In this document: piece by piece, positions 20,401 to 30,935 of the stretch
Layout: the number at the start of each line of letters is the position of its first letter
Numbering within the stretch: position 1 is the first letter of the stretch
Assembly: GCA_000437435.1 (NCBI GenBank)
Contig: FR899629.1
Location: 171,572 to 235,571 of the forward strand
Length of the DNA: 64,000 bases
From: Clostridium sp. CAG:768
GTDB taxonomy: Bacteria; Cyanobacteriota; Vampirovibrionia; Gastranaerophilales; Gastranaerophilaceae
Direction of reading: 5' to 3'
Program-made: the position numbers and the translations under genes
The notes under the pieces: model-generated
The model's database searches: none
The model's input: the letters and a program-made list of their open reading frames with translations, nothing else
What the model was told of the DNA's origin: nothing

Positions 20401-21477
20401 TTATTCAGCATCTTTATTAATATCTTTAATACTCAATGCAATTCTATGTTCTTGTGGGGTGAATTTTTTAATAAGAACTTCTACACTGTCACCAACTTTA
20501 AATGTATTGAATGGGTTTACATTTTCTTCAGCCATTTCTGAAACTGGTAATAATGCTTCTACTCCAGGGAAAATGTTAATAAATGCACCAAATCCTGTTA
20601 CTTTATTAACAGTACCTGTAATTACTTGTCCTTCTTCAAATTGACCTTCAATTTGTTGCCATGGATCTTCGCCCATTCTTTTTAAAGACAATGAAATTCT
20701 TTTTAATTCATTATCAATTTTGATAATTTTAACTTCAATAGTTTCACCTAAAGAAATTACATCTGAAGGGTGTTTAATTCTTGACCAAGAAATTTCAGAA
20801 ATTGGAAGAAGACCATCGATACCATTAATATCAACAAAAGCACCGAAATCTGCAATTCTTACAACTTCACCTTTTACAACTTGGTCTTCTTGAAGTTCTG
20901 ATAAAATATTATCTACAACTTGATCACGTTGTTCTGCAACAGCTTGTCTTTGAGATAAGATAAGTTTGTTTTTCTTAGGATCAGCTTCTAGAACTTTAAC
21001 TTCAATTTTTGTATCAATTAAACCGTCAAAAGGAGTTCCTGTTCTTAATTGAGAAGATGGAATAAATCCTTTTAAATCAGCAACGTCAACTAATACACCG
21101 CCTTTAACAATTGATACAACTTTAGCTAAAATTGTATCACCTTGAACTTTTGCATCATTTAATTGAGCCCAAGCTTGAGCGAATGCTAAACGTTTCAATG
21201 ATAAAAGCATTCCTTCTTCATCATTTTCTTCTTTTAATACATAGAATTCTTTTTCTTCTCCGATTTCTAAATTGTCGATACCTTCAGAAGCTGGAATTTC
21301 TTTAACAGGTAAAAATGCTTCAGTTTTAGCACCTTTAACGCTAATTAAATATCCATCACTTTCTTTTTTTACAACAGTACCTTCTACAATATCAGCTACT
21401 GAGTAAGATTTAGCGAAAGATTCTTCTAATAATCTTTCGAATTCATCTAAATTTGTTTTTTCTAATGTTGTTGTCAT
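20401..21477 (-). CDS. rpsA: 30S ribosomal protein S1 (short form with four S1 domains)
   Basis: Repeated S1 motifs (G.V..I.DFGAFV.I). Confidence 0.85.
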   Translation of the reverse strand: MTTTLEKTNLDEFERLLEESFAKSYSVADIVEGTVVKKESDGYLISVKGAKTEAFLPVKEIPASEGIDNLEIGEEKEFYVLKEENDEEGMLLSLKRLAFAQAWAQLNDAKVQGDTILAKVVSIVKGGVLVDVADLKGFIPSSQLRTGTPFDGLIDTKIEVKVLEADPKKNKLILSQRQAVAEQRDQVVDNILSELQEDQVVKGEVVRIADFGAFVDINGIDGLLPISEISWSRIKHPSDVISLGETIEVKIIKIDNELKRISLSLKRMGEDPWQQIEGQFEEGQVITGTVNKVTGFGAFINIFPGVEALLPVSEMAEENVNPFNTFKVGDSVEVLIKKFTPQEHRIALSIKDINKDAE

Positions 21478-21482
21478 GTTTT

Positions 21483-22361
21483 TTATATTTCCTTTCTAAG
21501 TTTTTCAATTACATTTTCTATGATATTCTGCGGAGTAGATGCTCCTGCAGTAACTGAAATATGATTTGAACTGACAATCAAATCTTTGTAATTATCAAGT
21601 TCATCATCTTTTTCAATATGAATAGTTTTAGTAATATCTTTTAAAATTTCAGCCAAGTGAGTTGTATTCGCACTTTTTTTAGAGCCTACAACTATAACTA
21701 AATCACTTTCATCGGCTAATTCTCTAGCTTCTTTTTGACGCATAGATGTACTTTGGCAAATAGTATTTGCAATATGAATTTCTTTTGCAATTGACGTTAA
21801 ATATTCAACAATAGAATTTAAAGTCACAAGTCTTTGAGTTGTCTGAACAACAACCCCTACTTTTTTATGACTTTTAATTCTAGCTTCAAACTCTTTTAAC
21901 TGTTCCACAGATGCAGCAACTACAACATTATCACTCCACAGTTCAGCATTTGCTCTTATTGCAATAACTTCAGGGTGCTCTGATTTCCCGACAATAACTA
22001 CAAAATACCCATCTTTTGCAAGTTCTACAGCTTTTTGTTGAACTTTTTTAACATCAGGGCAAGTCAAATCAACAGGTTCAAACCCTGCTTGTTTAATCTT
22101 TTCAATCACTTGAGGGCTCTCACCATGACTTCTGATTACACAAATTCCCTCACCTTTTTCAGGAATTTCATTCAAAGTCTTAATTCCCAAACTTTCAAGC
22201 TCATGAATAACTTGAGTATTGTGGATAAGTTCCCCTAATACAAAAACTTTTTTATCAGGATTTTCATTTTTTAATTTTTTAACAGTTTCAACGGCTCTTT
22301 TTACACCGTAACAAAAACCTGCATATTTGGCTAATTTAATTTCTTTTTTATTTTCAGGCAA
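21483..22361 (-). CDS. ispH: 4-hydroxy-3-methylbut-2-enyl diphosphate reductase
   Basis: GFCYGVKRAV, SHGESP, LTCPDV, QTTQ and VVGSKKSANT are LytB signatures. Confidence 0.9.
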   Translation of the reverse strand: MPENKKEIKLAKYAGFCYGVKRAVETVKKLKNENPDKKVFVLGELIHNTQVIHELESLGIKTLNEIPEKGEGICVIRSHGESPQVIEKIKQAGFEPVDLTCPDVKKVQQKAVELAKDGYFVVIVGKSEHPEVIAIRANAELWSDNVVVAASVEQLKEFEARIKSHKKVGVVVQTTQRLVTLNSIVEYLTSIAKEIHIANTICQSTSMRQKEARELADESDLVIVVGSKKSANTTHLAEILKDITKTIHIEKDDELDNYKDLIVSSNHISVTAGASTPQNIIENVIEKLRKEI

Positions 22362-22445
22362 TGTATAATTGTCTTCTTTCTATAGAACTCGCGCTTTTAT
22401 ACGCTGTACAAATATTAAAATATAAACAATATAAAAAATCAACAG

Positions 22446-22478
22446 AAAAAAGCCTCTTTTTACAAAGAGACTCGTTTC
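22446..22478 (-). terminator. Rho-independent terminator of the 945-aa gene
   Basis: The minus strand reads GTCTCTTTGTAAAAAGAGGC followed by TTTTTTCTG. Confidence 0.55.
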
Positions 22479-22501
22479 TTAACCACTACAAATTTCGTAC
22501 C

Positions 22502-25339
22502 TTAAACCACTAGGTTACCATTTTTGTCTTTACGATACAATTCTTTTGAATCAAAACCATAAGGATTTGTATTATATGAAACATGATTTTGTTTATCTTG
22601 ATTTTTATAATCAATATCGTGTTTTTTTGCAATATTTTGATAACCGATATCTGATACAGCCAAGAATTTAACAACATTTGCAATTTTGTTATTTACATCA
22701 TTAGGTAATCCCATAGATAATAATGCATCCGCTCTATCTTTATCTTTCATTATTGCATTAAACAAATTAGAATCAGTTCTTGCAATCATAACGTAAATAG
22801 TTTTCTTTTGTGCTCCATTAGGAATAGATGATAATAATTTAATCTTTTGTTCTAATGGTAATTTTTTGAAATAATTTGTAAAATATTCTTTTTTCTCAGC
22901 AGAAGAAAGATTATTATATTCACTAGGTGTTAAAGAAGCACCACTTGCAATTTTTGATTTTAAACTTACATTTGAATCAGAATCTGTTGTTATAATATTT
23001 AATAAAGCCTGACTATTTCTTGCTGCAGTTTCTCCAATAATTCTAGGAAGTTCAGCTTCTTGAATATAGCTAGGAGCATTTTCAAGACTTGTAACCGCTT
23101 TTTCTATAGCTTTTTCATTCCCTGATGTGTATACGACATCTAAAGCTTGAGATTGAACAGTTGGATCATAGTCTTTAATGTTTCCTGCTGCATGTTCTTG
23201 AACTTCTGAATATTTAGATTGCATAATATTTTTGTGCATATCTAATTGATTATCTTTATGACAATTTTTAATTTGGTCAGCTAATGCATTTGAATATTTA
23301 ATAGCGTCCTCTTTTTCAAATTGTTGCTCAATTCTATTATGAACAATTGAAAAAGCTTCTGTTTGATTTTCTTTATCTAATTTTGCAACAATACCATTTT
23401 CAGCAGCTACTGCTGTTGCTTTTTCAGATTTTTCAGTTGCAAGATCTAAAGAAGTAATTTGATTTTTACCTTTTAATTTATCAGCATTATTGACAGCATA
23501 TACTTGCAATTCTTCTTTTGCATTTTTATGATTTTGCAATTCAATAACAGCAGTTCCTTGTTTTTCTTCATCATTAATAGTTGTAGTAACTTCAAAACCT
23601 AATTTTTGAATTTCTACATCATCATTACCAGCAGCAATATCAGAAGAATAAATAACTTTTTTATCATCATGTTCTGCACCAGCACAACTTTTTGATGTTA
23701 AAATAATACCGCTTGTTTTTACAGCTGCCAAAGCATCTTCTTTTTCAAACTCATTATTTGACATTGATGCTTCTTTTGTAGCTTTTGCTAACTTTTTATA
23801 TTGCTCAGCATCTAAGTCTTTTGTAGCAAGAGCACCTTTTCCAACTAAAGATACATCATCCAATAATTCAGGATATTGTTTTGAATAAATTGCAAATAAT
23901 TTTGAAGATGCAGAACCATTATAAAATTTAATCGCAGTTTTAATATATTCTGCACGTTGTTCAGGATTCATATCTTTGCATTTTTTATCAATAAATGCTT
24001 TAGCGGCAACTGCTTCCATATCAGAACCTTTAATATGTTCTTTTATTTCTGAAGTAAATGTTTCAAAATCGCTAACAACAGCTTTTTCAAAATCTGTTTC
24101 AGGTTTAGGCATAGATTTTGCAAACGCTTTTAATTCTTCCAATTCTTTTTTGGCTTTTTCATCAGTAGGATTTAATTTTGTCTCTAAAATATTTAACACT
24201 CCTAATTCTTCTGATGTTAAATTTTCACCATTTGCTTTTTTAGCTTTTATTGAATCATATTCAGCTTGTAATTTTTCAAGATTTGCAGCTTTTAATTTTT
24301 TAATTTCTCTTTGTCCAGCTGGAGTATTTACATAACGACTTAAATCAGCTAACTTATTTTCTTCTTCTTTAGTTAAATTTAAACCTTTATCCTTTTTAGA
24401 TTTTAATGCATCATATAATAATTGTTCTTCATTTAAATTATAATATTTAATATATTGTCTTGCATCTGAAGGACATAATTCTACATCTTCAAGCCCTTTT
24501 TCTTTTGCAACAATATCTGCAACTTGAGAAGAAACTAATTTCCAATGAGCAATATATTTTTTATCATTTTCATTTAATGAATTAGGGTCTAGCATTTCTG
24601 CTTCTGCTAAATATTCATCAATTGCATTATAACGAGTAGCATCATCTTGATGCATAAATTCCACATAAGAAATTCCAACTCTGCTAGCAGATTGAATTCC
24701 ATTCATTACAACATCAGCAGCACTATCAATTGCAGAAGCATTTTCTAAATTTTCACTTGTAGATAAATTAATTAAAGCTTTTAAACTTTCAAATTTATCG
24801 CTATTATTTATACCTGTTTTAAATTTTTCAATTAATTGCTGTTTTTGTTCTGGAGTTAATGCATTCCATTGTTCTTCTGAATGTGGTTGAGAGATATAAC
24901 CACCATCATGATTTTTAGTACCATAAATATATTGGCTTTTTACAAACTCTGTAATACAAGCATTTATCTTTTCCTTAGTTGATAATTTATTATATTCTGC
25001 TTTATTAAAAACTCCAAAAGAATCTTCTGAATCAGAAGCTACTTCAGTAGTTTCAGGTTCAAGACTTAAATCTTCAACTTTTTGTTCAGCAGTTTGTTTA
25101 ACTTCTGCTTTTAATTGATTAACTAATTCAGTTTGTTTATTAGCTTCTAAGTTTAGAAAATCAGGATGTTTGTTAATTAAAACCATTAATTCATCTTGTG
25201 AAATATTTAATTTCTTTAATAACTTATCGAAATCCTGATTTTTAACCATTATGGAATTCAATGAAGAAGTATTAGTACTAGAAGTTTGACTTCCAACACT
25301 TGAAACTTTGTTATTAACATTTACTGAATTAACGTTCAT
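22502..25339 (-). CDS. Large hypothetical protein (945 aa), Lys/Glu-rich, predicted coiled-coil, no signal peptide
   Basis: Long ORF with no recognisable enzymatic motif. Confidence 0.55.
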   Translation of the reverse strand: MNVNSVNVNNKVSSVGSQTSSTNTSSLNSIMVKNQDFDKLLKKLNISQDELMVLINKHPDFLNLEANKQTELVNQLKAEVKQTAEQKVEDLSLEPETTEVASDSEDSFGVFNKAEYNKLSTKEKINACITEFVKSQYIYGTKNHDGGYISQPHSEEQWNALTPEQKQQLIEKFKTGINNSDKFESLKALINLSTSENLENASAIDSAADVVMNGIQSASRVGISYVEFMHQDDATRYNAIDEYLAEAEMLDPNSLNENDKKYIAHWKLVSSQVADIVAKEKGLEDVELCPSDARQYIKYYNLNEEQLLYDALKSKKDKGLNLTKEEENKLADLSRYVNTPAGQREIKKLKAANLEKLQAEYDSIKAKKANGENLTSEELGVLNILETKLNPTDEKAKKELEELKAFAKSMPKPETDFEKAVVSDFETFTSEIKEHIKGSDMEAVAAKAFIDKKCKDMNPEQRAEYIKTAIKFYNGSASSKLFAIYSKQYPELLDDVSLVGKGALATKDLDAEQYKKLAKATKEASMSNNEFEKEDALAAVKTSGIILTSKSCAGAEHDDKKVIYSSDIAAGNDDVEIQKLGFEVTTTINDEEKQGTAVIELQNHKNAKEELQVYAVNNADKLKGKNQITSLDLATEKSEKATAVAAENGIVAKLDKENQTEAFSIVHNRIEQQFEKEDAIKYSNALADQIKNCHKDNQLDMHKNIMQSKYSEVQEHAAGNIKDYDPTVQSQALDVVYTSGNEKAIEKAVTSLENAPSYIQEAELPRIIGETAARNSQALLNIITTDSDSNVSLKSKIASGASLTPSEYNNLSSAEKKEYFTNYFKKLPLEQKIKLLSSIPNGAQKKTIYVMIARTDSNLFNAIMKDKDRADALLSMGLPNDVNNKIANVVKFLAVSDIGYQNIAKKHDIDYKNQDKQNHVSYNTNPYGFDSKELYRKDKNGNLVV

Positions 25340-25437
25340 AGCTACTCTCTGATTTTTATATACTATACATGTAAAAACATACCCTAATGGGCTATTTCAA
25401 CATGTTTGCAAAATGTTACATATGTTTACATAGAATA

Positions 25438-26532
25438 TTATTTAATATCTTTGATAGGCATCAAAACACCTTTTTTAGTTGTCATATATTCTGAATCTAA
25501 TTCCATCACATATGTATTTTTCGTAGCATTCTTGAACTGACTATCACATAAAACTTGAACTAAAACATTTGCCAAATTATCATCAATTAATGAATACCCT
25601 TTGTTTTCAGCACCTTCAAGTCTCACCAATGTATACTTAAACTTTTGAGGATTTGAAGATTCTGGGTTTATTGTTGCATTATAAAATACAATCCCACGTA
25701 CACATAATTCAGGATTACCATTCTTTCTCACAGTAATCAATTCCGCATCTTTAGGATTATCATCTGTTGAATAGTATCCTAAAACATATTTATCATTACC
25801 AATCTCTACTTCTTGTTCACCTTCTAAATTTCCATATGATGTTTTAGGAATTGCATCTTTCATTATATTATTATTTGCAATATTTTGCATTCCGAATAGA
25901 TCATGACGCAAAGTTCTTCTATATTTATGTACCTCAACATCCGTTTTGTTATTTGGTGATTTTATTGCAGATTCAACATAAGCAACTTTTTCCTTGTCAA
26001 AAAATGGTTTAGAATTACCTTCAACATTTATACTTTTAACATTAAAAGATAAACCTTTTGTTCCATCATCCGAAATCAAATCAAATACAATATCACTATA
26101 ATCTGTTACAGGTTTTTCATCATAAGAAGACTCTAAAAATCCACCCATATTAACAGTTGAGGATACTCCATACATAATTTTATCAAAATTTCGACTATTA
26201 TCTTTGGTATTTACAAGACCTATAGTTGTAGTCATATTCAAAGAACTAGCATCAGAATCAATAAAAGTTTTCTCATCAATTTTTCTACCATTTAAATCAT
26301 TACTGTCAACCATTTCAATTGAATTAACATTATCTAAAGGCACCTGAATTCCCTTTCCTGAAGAAACCATTGGACTCATTGCCAAAACAGTTGCAGCCAA
26401 AGGCACTGCAAGCTTATGAGATACCGTATTTGTTGAATGATGACTATTACTATTTTTCTTTTTTCTACCTTCAAAATTTAACTGATTTAAGTTACTTACT
26501 AAAGTTGCAGATGTCACAGGTCTGATTGTCAT
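25438..26532 (-). CDS. Hypothetical protein (364 aa), likely co-transcribed with the 945-aa gene
   Basis: ORF only. An internal hydrophobic stretch (LAVPLAATVLAMSPMV) suggests secretion. Confidence 0.45.
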   Translation of the reverse strand: MTIRPVTSATLVSNLNQLNFEGRKKKNSNSHHSTNTVSHKLAVPLAATVLAMSPMVSSGKGIQVPLDNVNSIEMVDSNDLNGRKIDEKTFIDSDASSLNMTTTIGLVNTKDNSRNFDKIMYGVSSTVNMGGFLESSYDEKPVTDYSDIVFDLISDDGTKGLSFNVKSINVEGNSKPFFDKEKVAYVESAIKSPNNKTDVEVHKYRRTLRHDLFGMQNIANNNIMKDAIPKTSYGNLEGEQEVEIGNDKYVLGYYSTDDNPKDAELITVRKNGNPELCVRGIVFYNATINPESSNPQKFKYTLVRLEGAENKGYSLIDDNLANVLVQVLCDSQFKNATKNTYVMELDSEYMTTKKGVLMPIKDIK

Positions 26533-26821
26533 AGTCTATACTCCATTTTTTCATAAGTCACACTTGCTTTTTTTAAAGCAAGTAGAAAATTTTTTTTGCT
26601 ACCTAAATTATTCATTAATTCCCTTATAAGCGTATTATATCAACTCGTATCAGGTTTTGTAAAATAGTATATACGATATTAATATTTCTTTACACTTGCA
26701 CCGTTTCTTTGTTTGTTGTACTTTACATGTGTATAATAAATGTACCCAAATAAGGGTTTTTCCTAAAATTAAAAATATCTGACAAGTGTCAGTAAGAAAA
26801 ATAAAAAGAAGGAGAACTCAA

Positions 26822-27781
26822 ATGAGTGAAAGAAAATTAGTTGGAACAGGCGAAATGTTCAAAAAAGCACTAGCAGGCGGATATGCTATCGGTGCTTACA
26901 ACGTTAACAACATGGAAATTTTGCAAGGTATTGCAGAAGCAGCTGAAGAAACTCAATCACCTATTATTTTACAAGTTTCTGCAGGTGCTAGAAAATATGC
27001 AAACCAAACTTACTTGATTAAATTAGTTGAAGCTGCTTTAGCTACAACTACAGTTCCTATCGCTTTACACTTAGATCACGGTGCTGATTTTGAAATTTGT
27101 AAAGCTTGTATTGATGGAGGATTCTCATCTGTAATGATCGATGGTTCAAGATTCCCATTAGAAGAAAACATTAAATTAACAAAACAAGTTGTTGACTATG
27201 CTCATCCACGTGGAGTTTCTGTTGAAGCTGAACTTGGTAAACTTGCAGGTGTTGAAGATGATGTTAAAGTTCATGCAAAAGATTCAACATATACAGATCC
27301 AGAAGAAGCAGCTAGATTCGTAAAAGAAACTGGTTGTGATTCTTTAGCAGTTGCAATCGGTACTTCACACGGTGCTTATAAATTCTCAGGCGAAGCTAAA
27401 TTAGACTTCGAAAGACTTGCTGAAATTAAAAAAGCAGTAAATGAAGCTGTAGGATATGACTTCCCATTAGTATTACATGGATCATCTTCAGTTCCTGCTG
27501 AATTCGTTGCTAAATGTAATCAATTTGGTGGTCAATTACCAAATGCTCAAGGTGTTCCAGAAGATATGTTAAATTATGCTTCTAAACACGGCGTAGCTAA
27601 AATTAACATCGATACAGATTTAAGATTAGCTATGACTTCAACAATCAGAGAATTCTTTGTTGAACACCCTGAAAAATTCGACCCACGTGAATATATGGGA
27701 CCTGGTAGAACTGCTGTTAAAGAAATGGTTATGCACAAAATGCGTGACGTTCTTGGTACAGCAGGACACGCTAAAGACTAA
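26822..27781 (+). CDS. fba: Fructose-bisphosphate aldolase, class II
   Basis: Class II FBA family fit: YAIGAYNVNNME, HLDHG, Zn-ligand His residues; AAGGAG RBS before the ATG at 26822. Confidence 0.9.
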   Translation: MSERKLVGTGEMFKKALAGGYAIGAYNVNNMEILQGIAEAAEETQSPIILQVSAGARKYANQTYLIKLVEAALATTTVPIALHLDHGADFEICKACIDGGFSSVMIDGSRFPLEENIKLTKQVVDYAHPRGVSVEAELGKLAGVEDDVKVHAKDSTYTDPEEAARFVKETGCDSLAVAIGTSHGAYKFSGEAKLDFERLAEIKKAVNEAVGYDFPLVLHGSSSVPAEFVAKCNQFGGQLPNAQGVPEDMLNYASKHGVAKINIDTDLRLAMTSTIREFFVEHPEKFDPREYMGPGRTAVKEMVMHKMRDVLGTAGHAKD

Positions 27782-27802
27782 TTTTATATTAGGATACAAA
27801 AC

Positions 27803-27840
27803 AAAAAAGCTTTTTGCATATGCAAAAAGCTTTTTTGTTT
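27803..27840 (+). terminator. fba terminator
   Basis: AAAAAGCTTTTTGCA/TGCAAAAAGCTTTTT perfect hairpin followed by a T-run. Confidence 0.7.
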
Positions 27841-27922
27841 GCTTCTTTAAACCATAAAAAAGGAAATGATTATAAAATCATTTCCTTTTTACTTTTTCAT
27901 CTTCCAACTTAGTTAGTGTGAT

Positions 27923-29110
27923 TTATTTTTTTAAGAAATCTGGAATTTCAATATTTGTGAAACTTGGAGAAACTTCTGGCATTGAAGTTCTTCTAACTGT
28001 TTGCTGTGGTTGAGCATTTGAATTAGTATTTGAATTAAATGTTCCAGCAAAGAAGTCAGATGCACTTAATTGTTTCACATCTGTTTTTACTTCAGGCTGT
28101 TGATTTTTCATTTCAAAACCTGTTGCAATTACAGTAATTTGAATTTCACCTTGAATATTTTCATTTACAGCAGTACCAATAATAACTGTTGCATCATCAT
28201 TTACAGCATCATGGATAATATTAGCTGCATCTGATATTTCATGAAGAGTCATATCAGGTCCACCTGTAATATTAACAATTACACCAGTAGCTCCATTGAT
28301 TGAAGATTCAAGAAGTTGAGAGTTAATAGCAATTTCTGCAGCTTTAATAGCTCTGCCTTCACCTTGACCACGACCAATACCCATAAGAGCTGAACCTGAA
28401 GCTTGCATAACACATTTAACATCAGCGAAGTCAACGTTGATAAGTCCAGGAACTGTAATGATATCAGAAATACCTTGAACACCTCTTAGTAACACTTCAT
28501 CTACTATGATGAATGATTCTGTTAATGAAACTTGTCTATCAACTACTTGAAGTAATTTATCATTTGGAACAACAATTACAGCATCTACAGCTTCTCTTAG
28601 TTTTTCTAAACCTTGATTAGCTTGATTTTGTCTTTTACGACCTTCCCAAGTAAATGGTTTAGTAACTACAGCAATTGTTAAAATTCCTAATTCTTTAGCA
28701 ATTTTTGCAACTACAGGAGCAGCACCAGTACCAGTTCCACCACCCATACCTGCTGTGATAAATACCATATCAGCGCCATCTAATGCTTCAGTAATTTCTT
28801 GTTGAGCTTCTTCAGCAGCTTTTTCTCCTACTGAAGGATCTCCACCAGCACCAAGACCAGCTGTAGATTTAGCACCTAATTGAATTCTATTTTTAGTTTG
28901 ACCATATTCTAAAACTTGTAAATCTGTATTCATTAACCAGAACTCAACACCTGAAAGTCCTGCTTTAATCATTCGGTTAACAGCATTTCCGCCGCCGCCA
29001 CCAACACCGATTACTTTAATATTAGTAGGATTAATTGGAGACCTTTGAGTTTGATCATTGCTTGTTGTTTCATCTTTTTTAGCAAAGATATCTGATACGA
29101 AATTTTCCAC
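27923..29110 (-). CDS. ftsZ: Cell division GTPase FtsZ
   Basis: [21 protein letters not shown] and the tubulin signature. There is no ftsA upstream. Confidence 0.95.
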   Translation of the reverse strand: MENFVSDIFAKKDETTSNDQTQRSPINPTNIKVIGVGGGGGNAVNRMIKAGLSGVEFWLMNTDLQVLEYGQTKNRIQLGAKSTAGLGAGGDPSVGEKAAEEAQQEITEALDGADMVFITAGMGGGTGTGAAPVVAKIAKELGILTIAVVTKPFTWEGRKRQNQANQGLEKLREAVDAVIVVPNDKLLQVVDRQVSLTESFIIVDEVLLRGVQGISDIITVPGLINVDFADVKCVMQASGSALMGIGRGQGEGRAIKAAEIAINSQLLESSINGATGVIVNITGGPDMTLHEISDAANIIHDAVNDDATVIIGTAVNENIQGEIQITVIATGFEMKNQQPEVKTDVKQLSASDFFAGTFNSNTNSNAQPQQTVRRTSMPEVSPSFTNIEIPDFLKK

Positions 29111-29276
29111 TTTTTTACCTCTTTTATATAATTGTATAGTTGTCTATCTACAATAGTATAATAACATACTATTTTAAATAGAAAAAAAGTACAATAATTT
29201 ACCTGTAATTATGAACAAAATTTAATATAAATCGCTGTATTGCAAATATAATAAGAAAAACGGCATACCTTTAATA

Positions 29277-30077
29277 TTATTTAACATAAGCCGGAGGCAT
29301 TGCCCAGTGAAGTTTATTTCTTAAAATCGAATAAAACTCAGAATTTTCAAGCAGAGCAAGTTTTGCGGTATAATCGGATTTTGTAATTTCAATTTCCGAA
29401 CTGAATTCGTACAGTTCCTGTCCGTCTGTGGATAAAACATATTTAGCCTTATCATCCGTGCATACCGTAATTTTTTCGCAATCAGGAACTACAATCGGTC
29501 TTGCAGTAAGGGTATGCGGGCATATAGGAACAATTACAAAGGCTTTTAAAGCAGGATTTAATACAGGTCCGCCTGCTGAAAGTCCGTATGCAGTAGAGCC
29601 TGTAGGGGTAGCAACAATTATTCCGTCTGCCAGATAATCGCAAACGTATTTACCGTTTATTTTTAATGAAAATCTTGAAGTTCTGCCAAAATCGCGGCCT
29701 TTGATTACAAAATCATTCAATGCCGTAAAATCAGAGCTTTGCAGCATTATTCTGTCCTCAACGACAAACTTTCCGTCTAAAATTTCATCAACAGATTTTT
29801 CTATATCTTCTTTTGAGGACTGTGAAAGAAACCCCAGGCGCCCGAGATTAATCCCGAAAATCGGCGTCTTATATTTTGCATAAAATCTTGCGGTTTTTAA
29901 AATTGTTCCGTCGCCTCCGATTACAAAGACAAAATCAAAACCCTCTTTAAGACCGTCAATATTTAAAACTGTTGTATTTATGCCTTTACTTGAAAGGATT
30001 GTGACGAGTTTATCTTTTACTTCAACAGAATGTGATATTTCCTGATTATAACAAACTGCAAAATTTTTCATTTCCAT
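29277..30077 (-). CDS. nadK: NAD kinase
   Basis: GGDGTIL, NxGxLGFL and DGxxxxTPTGSTAYS motifs. Confidence 0.85.
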   Translation of the reverse strand: MEMKNFAVCYNQEISHSVEVKDKLVTILSSKGINTTVLNIDGLKEGFDFVFVIGGDGTILKTARFYAKYKTPIFGINLGRLGFLSQSSKEDIEKSVDEILDGKFVVEDRIMLQSSDFTALNDFVIKGRDFGRTSRFSLKINGKYVCDYLADGIIVATPTGSTAYGLSAGGPVLNPALKAFVIVPICPHTLTARPIVVPDCEKITVCTDDKAKYVLSTDGQELYEFSSEIEITKSDYTAKLALLENSEFYSILRNKLHWAMPPAYVK

Positions 30078-30124
30078 AACGAAGAAAATATAGCATAATA
30101 TTTAATTTTAAGCAAATTGAATAT

Positions 30125-30813
30125 CTAGTAATTCATCTCCCAGTTATCGTTAAGAATTTGTCCGAAAGGCTTCCAGTTAGCATCCGCACTATTTCTTTCA
30201 TCTTCCGTCAAAGGAAGCGAAACAGCATTGTAATTAAAAGTATCAATTGCCCCGCTGCTGTATACTGCCATATAAAAAGTATCTCTGCCAAGTATATTAG
30301 GACCTTTTTGCCCGTTAGTATCGACAAGAATATTCATAACTTTGCTTATTTTACCGTCATTTACATAAATTGGACGTACTGACGCACCGTTTGCCAGAAC
30401 AAAAGATGTACTGCTGTGACCATCCAAAACATTTACGTCATCAGTTGAATTTAAGTATTTATATGAATTCGCGAAGCAAGGAGTTAATGAATTTTCGCAA
30501 GTTTGAACAATCTTAAAGTAATCAGTAATAAATTCCTGTGCTTTAGCATTCGAATTAATACCTGCCTCGGCAAGATTTAGAGCATTTTTATCGGTCAAAT
30601 ACATCGTTACCGCCTGCGAAATCTCATTATAAACTTTATGTAGTTGAGTTACATAAGTCTTTTTTTGATGATTTTGCATTAAAGAAGGCACTGTCATTGC
30701 GGAGACAACACCTATAATCCCAAGTGTTACTAACACTTCTGCCAGTGTAAACGCGTGAGAAGAAGCTAAGAAACGCCCCCCCCCCGACATTTAAATAATC
30801 TAAAAAATTTCAT
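30125..30813 (-). CDS. Prepilin-like protein, paralog 2; the RBS-proximal ATG (30813) is out of frame at the 10-G tract, while an internal ATG (30790) is in frame
   Basis: RBS AAAGGAG, ATG, leader MKFFRLFKC, G-tract, then ...RFLASSHA|FTLAEVLVTLGIIGVVSAMTVPSLMQ. The C-terminus NDNWEMNY is shared with paralog 1 (NDNWEMTY). Confidence 0.6.
30776..30785 (-). repeat. Poly-G (minus-strand) tract of 10 nt in the pilin-2 leader
   Basis: gcccccccccccg read directly. Confidence 0.8.
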
Positions 30814-30834
30814 AAATAGCTCCTTTCTTTATTT

Positions 30835-30863
30835 ATTATATCAAAAGTTCCTGACTATTTCAA
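30835..30863 (-). promoter_or_regulatory. Sigma70-like promoter for pilin gene 2 (-35 TTGAAA, 17 nt spacer, -10 TATAAT)
   Basis: Read on the minus strand, about 31 nt upstream of the ATG. Confidence 0.4.
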
Positions 30864-30869
30864 TAATAT

Positions 30870-30900
30870 AAATAAAAAAAAGAGGCATTAAATGCCTCCT
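30870..30900 (-). terminator. Terminator of the sepF–yggS operon
   Basis: GAGGCATT-TAA-ATGCCTC hairpin followed by T8 on the minus strand. Confidence 0.65.
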
Positions 30901-30935
30901 ATTCAACTATCTCTCTCTTTCTCATATTATTTTGA

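Noticed and set aside
30790-30813. Treating pilin-2 as simply in frame from the internal ATG at 30790 (the ORF-track start MSGGGRF...)
   Set aside because: That ATG has no Shine-Dalgarno sequence. All four paralogs share an AAAGGAG-ATG start 23–54 nt further upstream that is out of frame by one G, so the phase-variation reading explains all four loci consistently. The internal-start possibility is kept as an alternative in the feature note.
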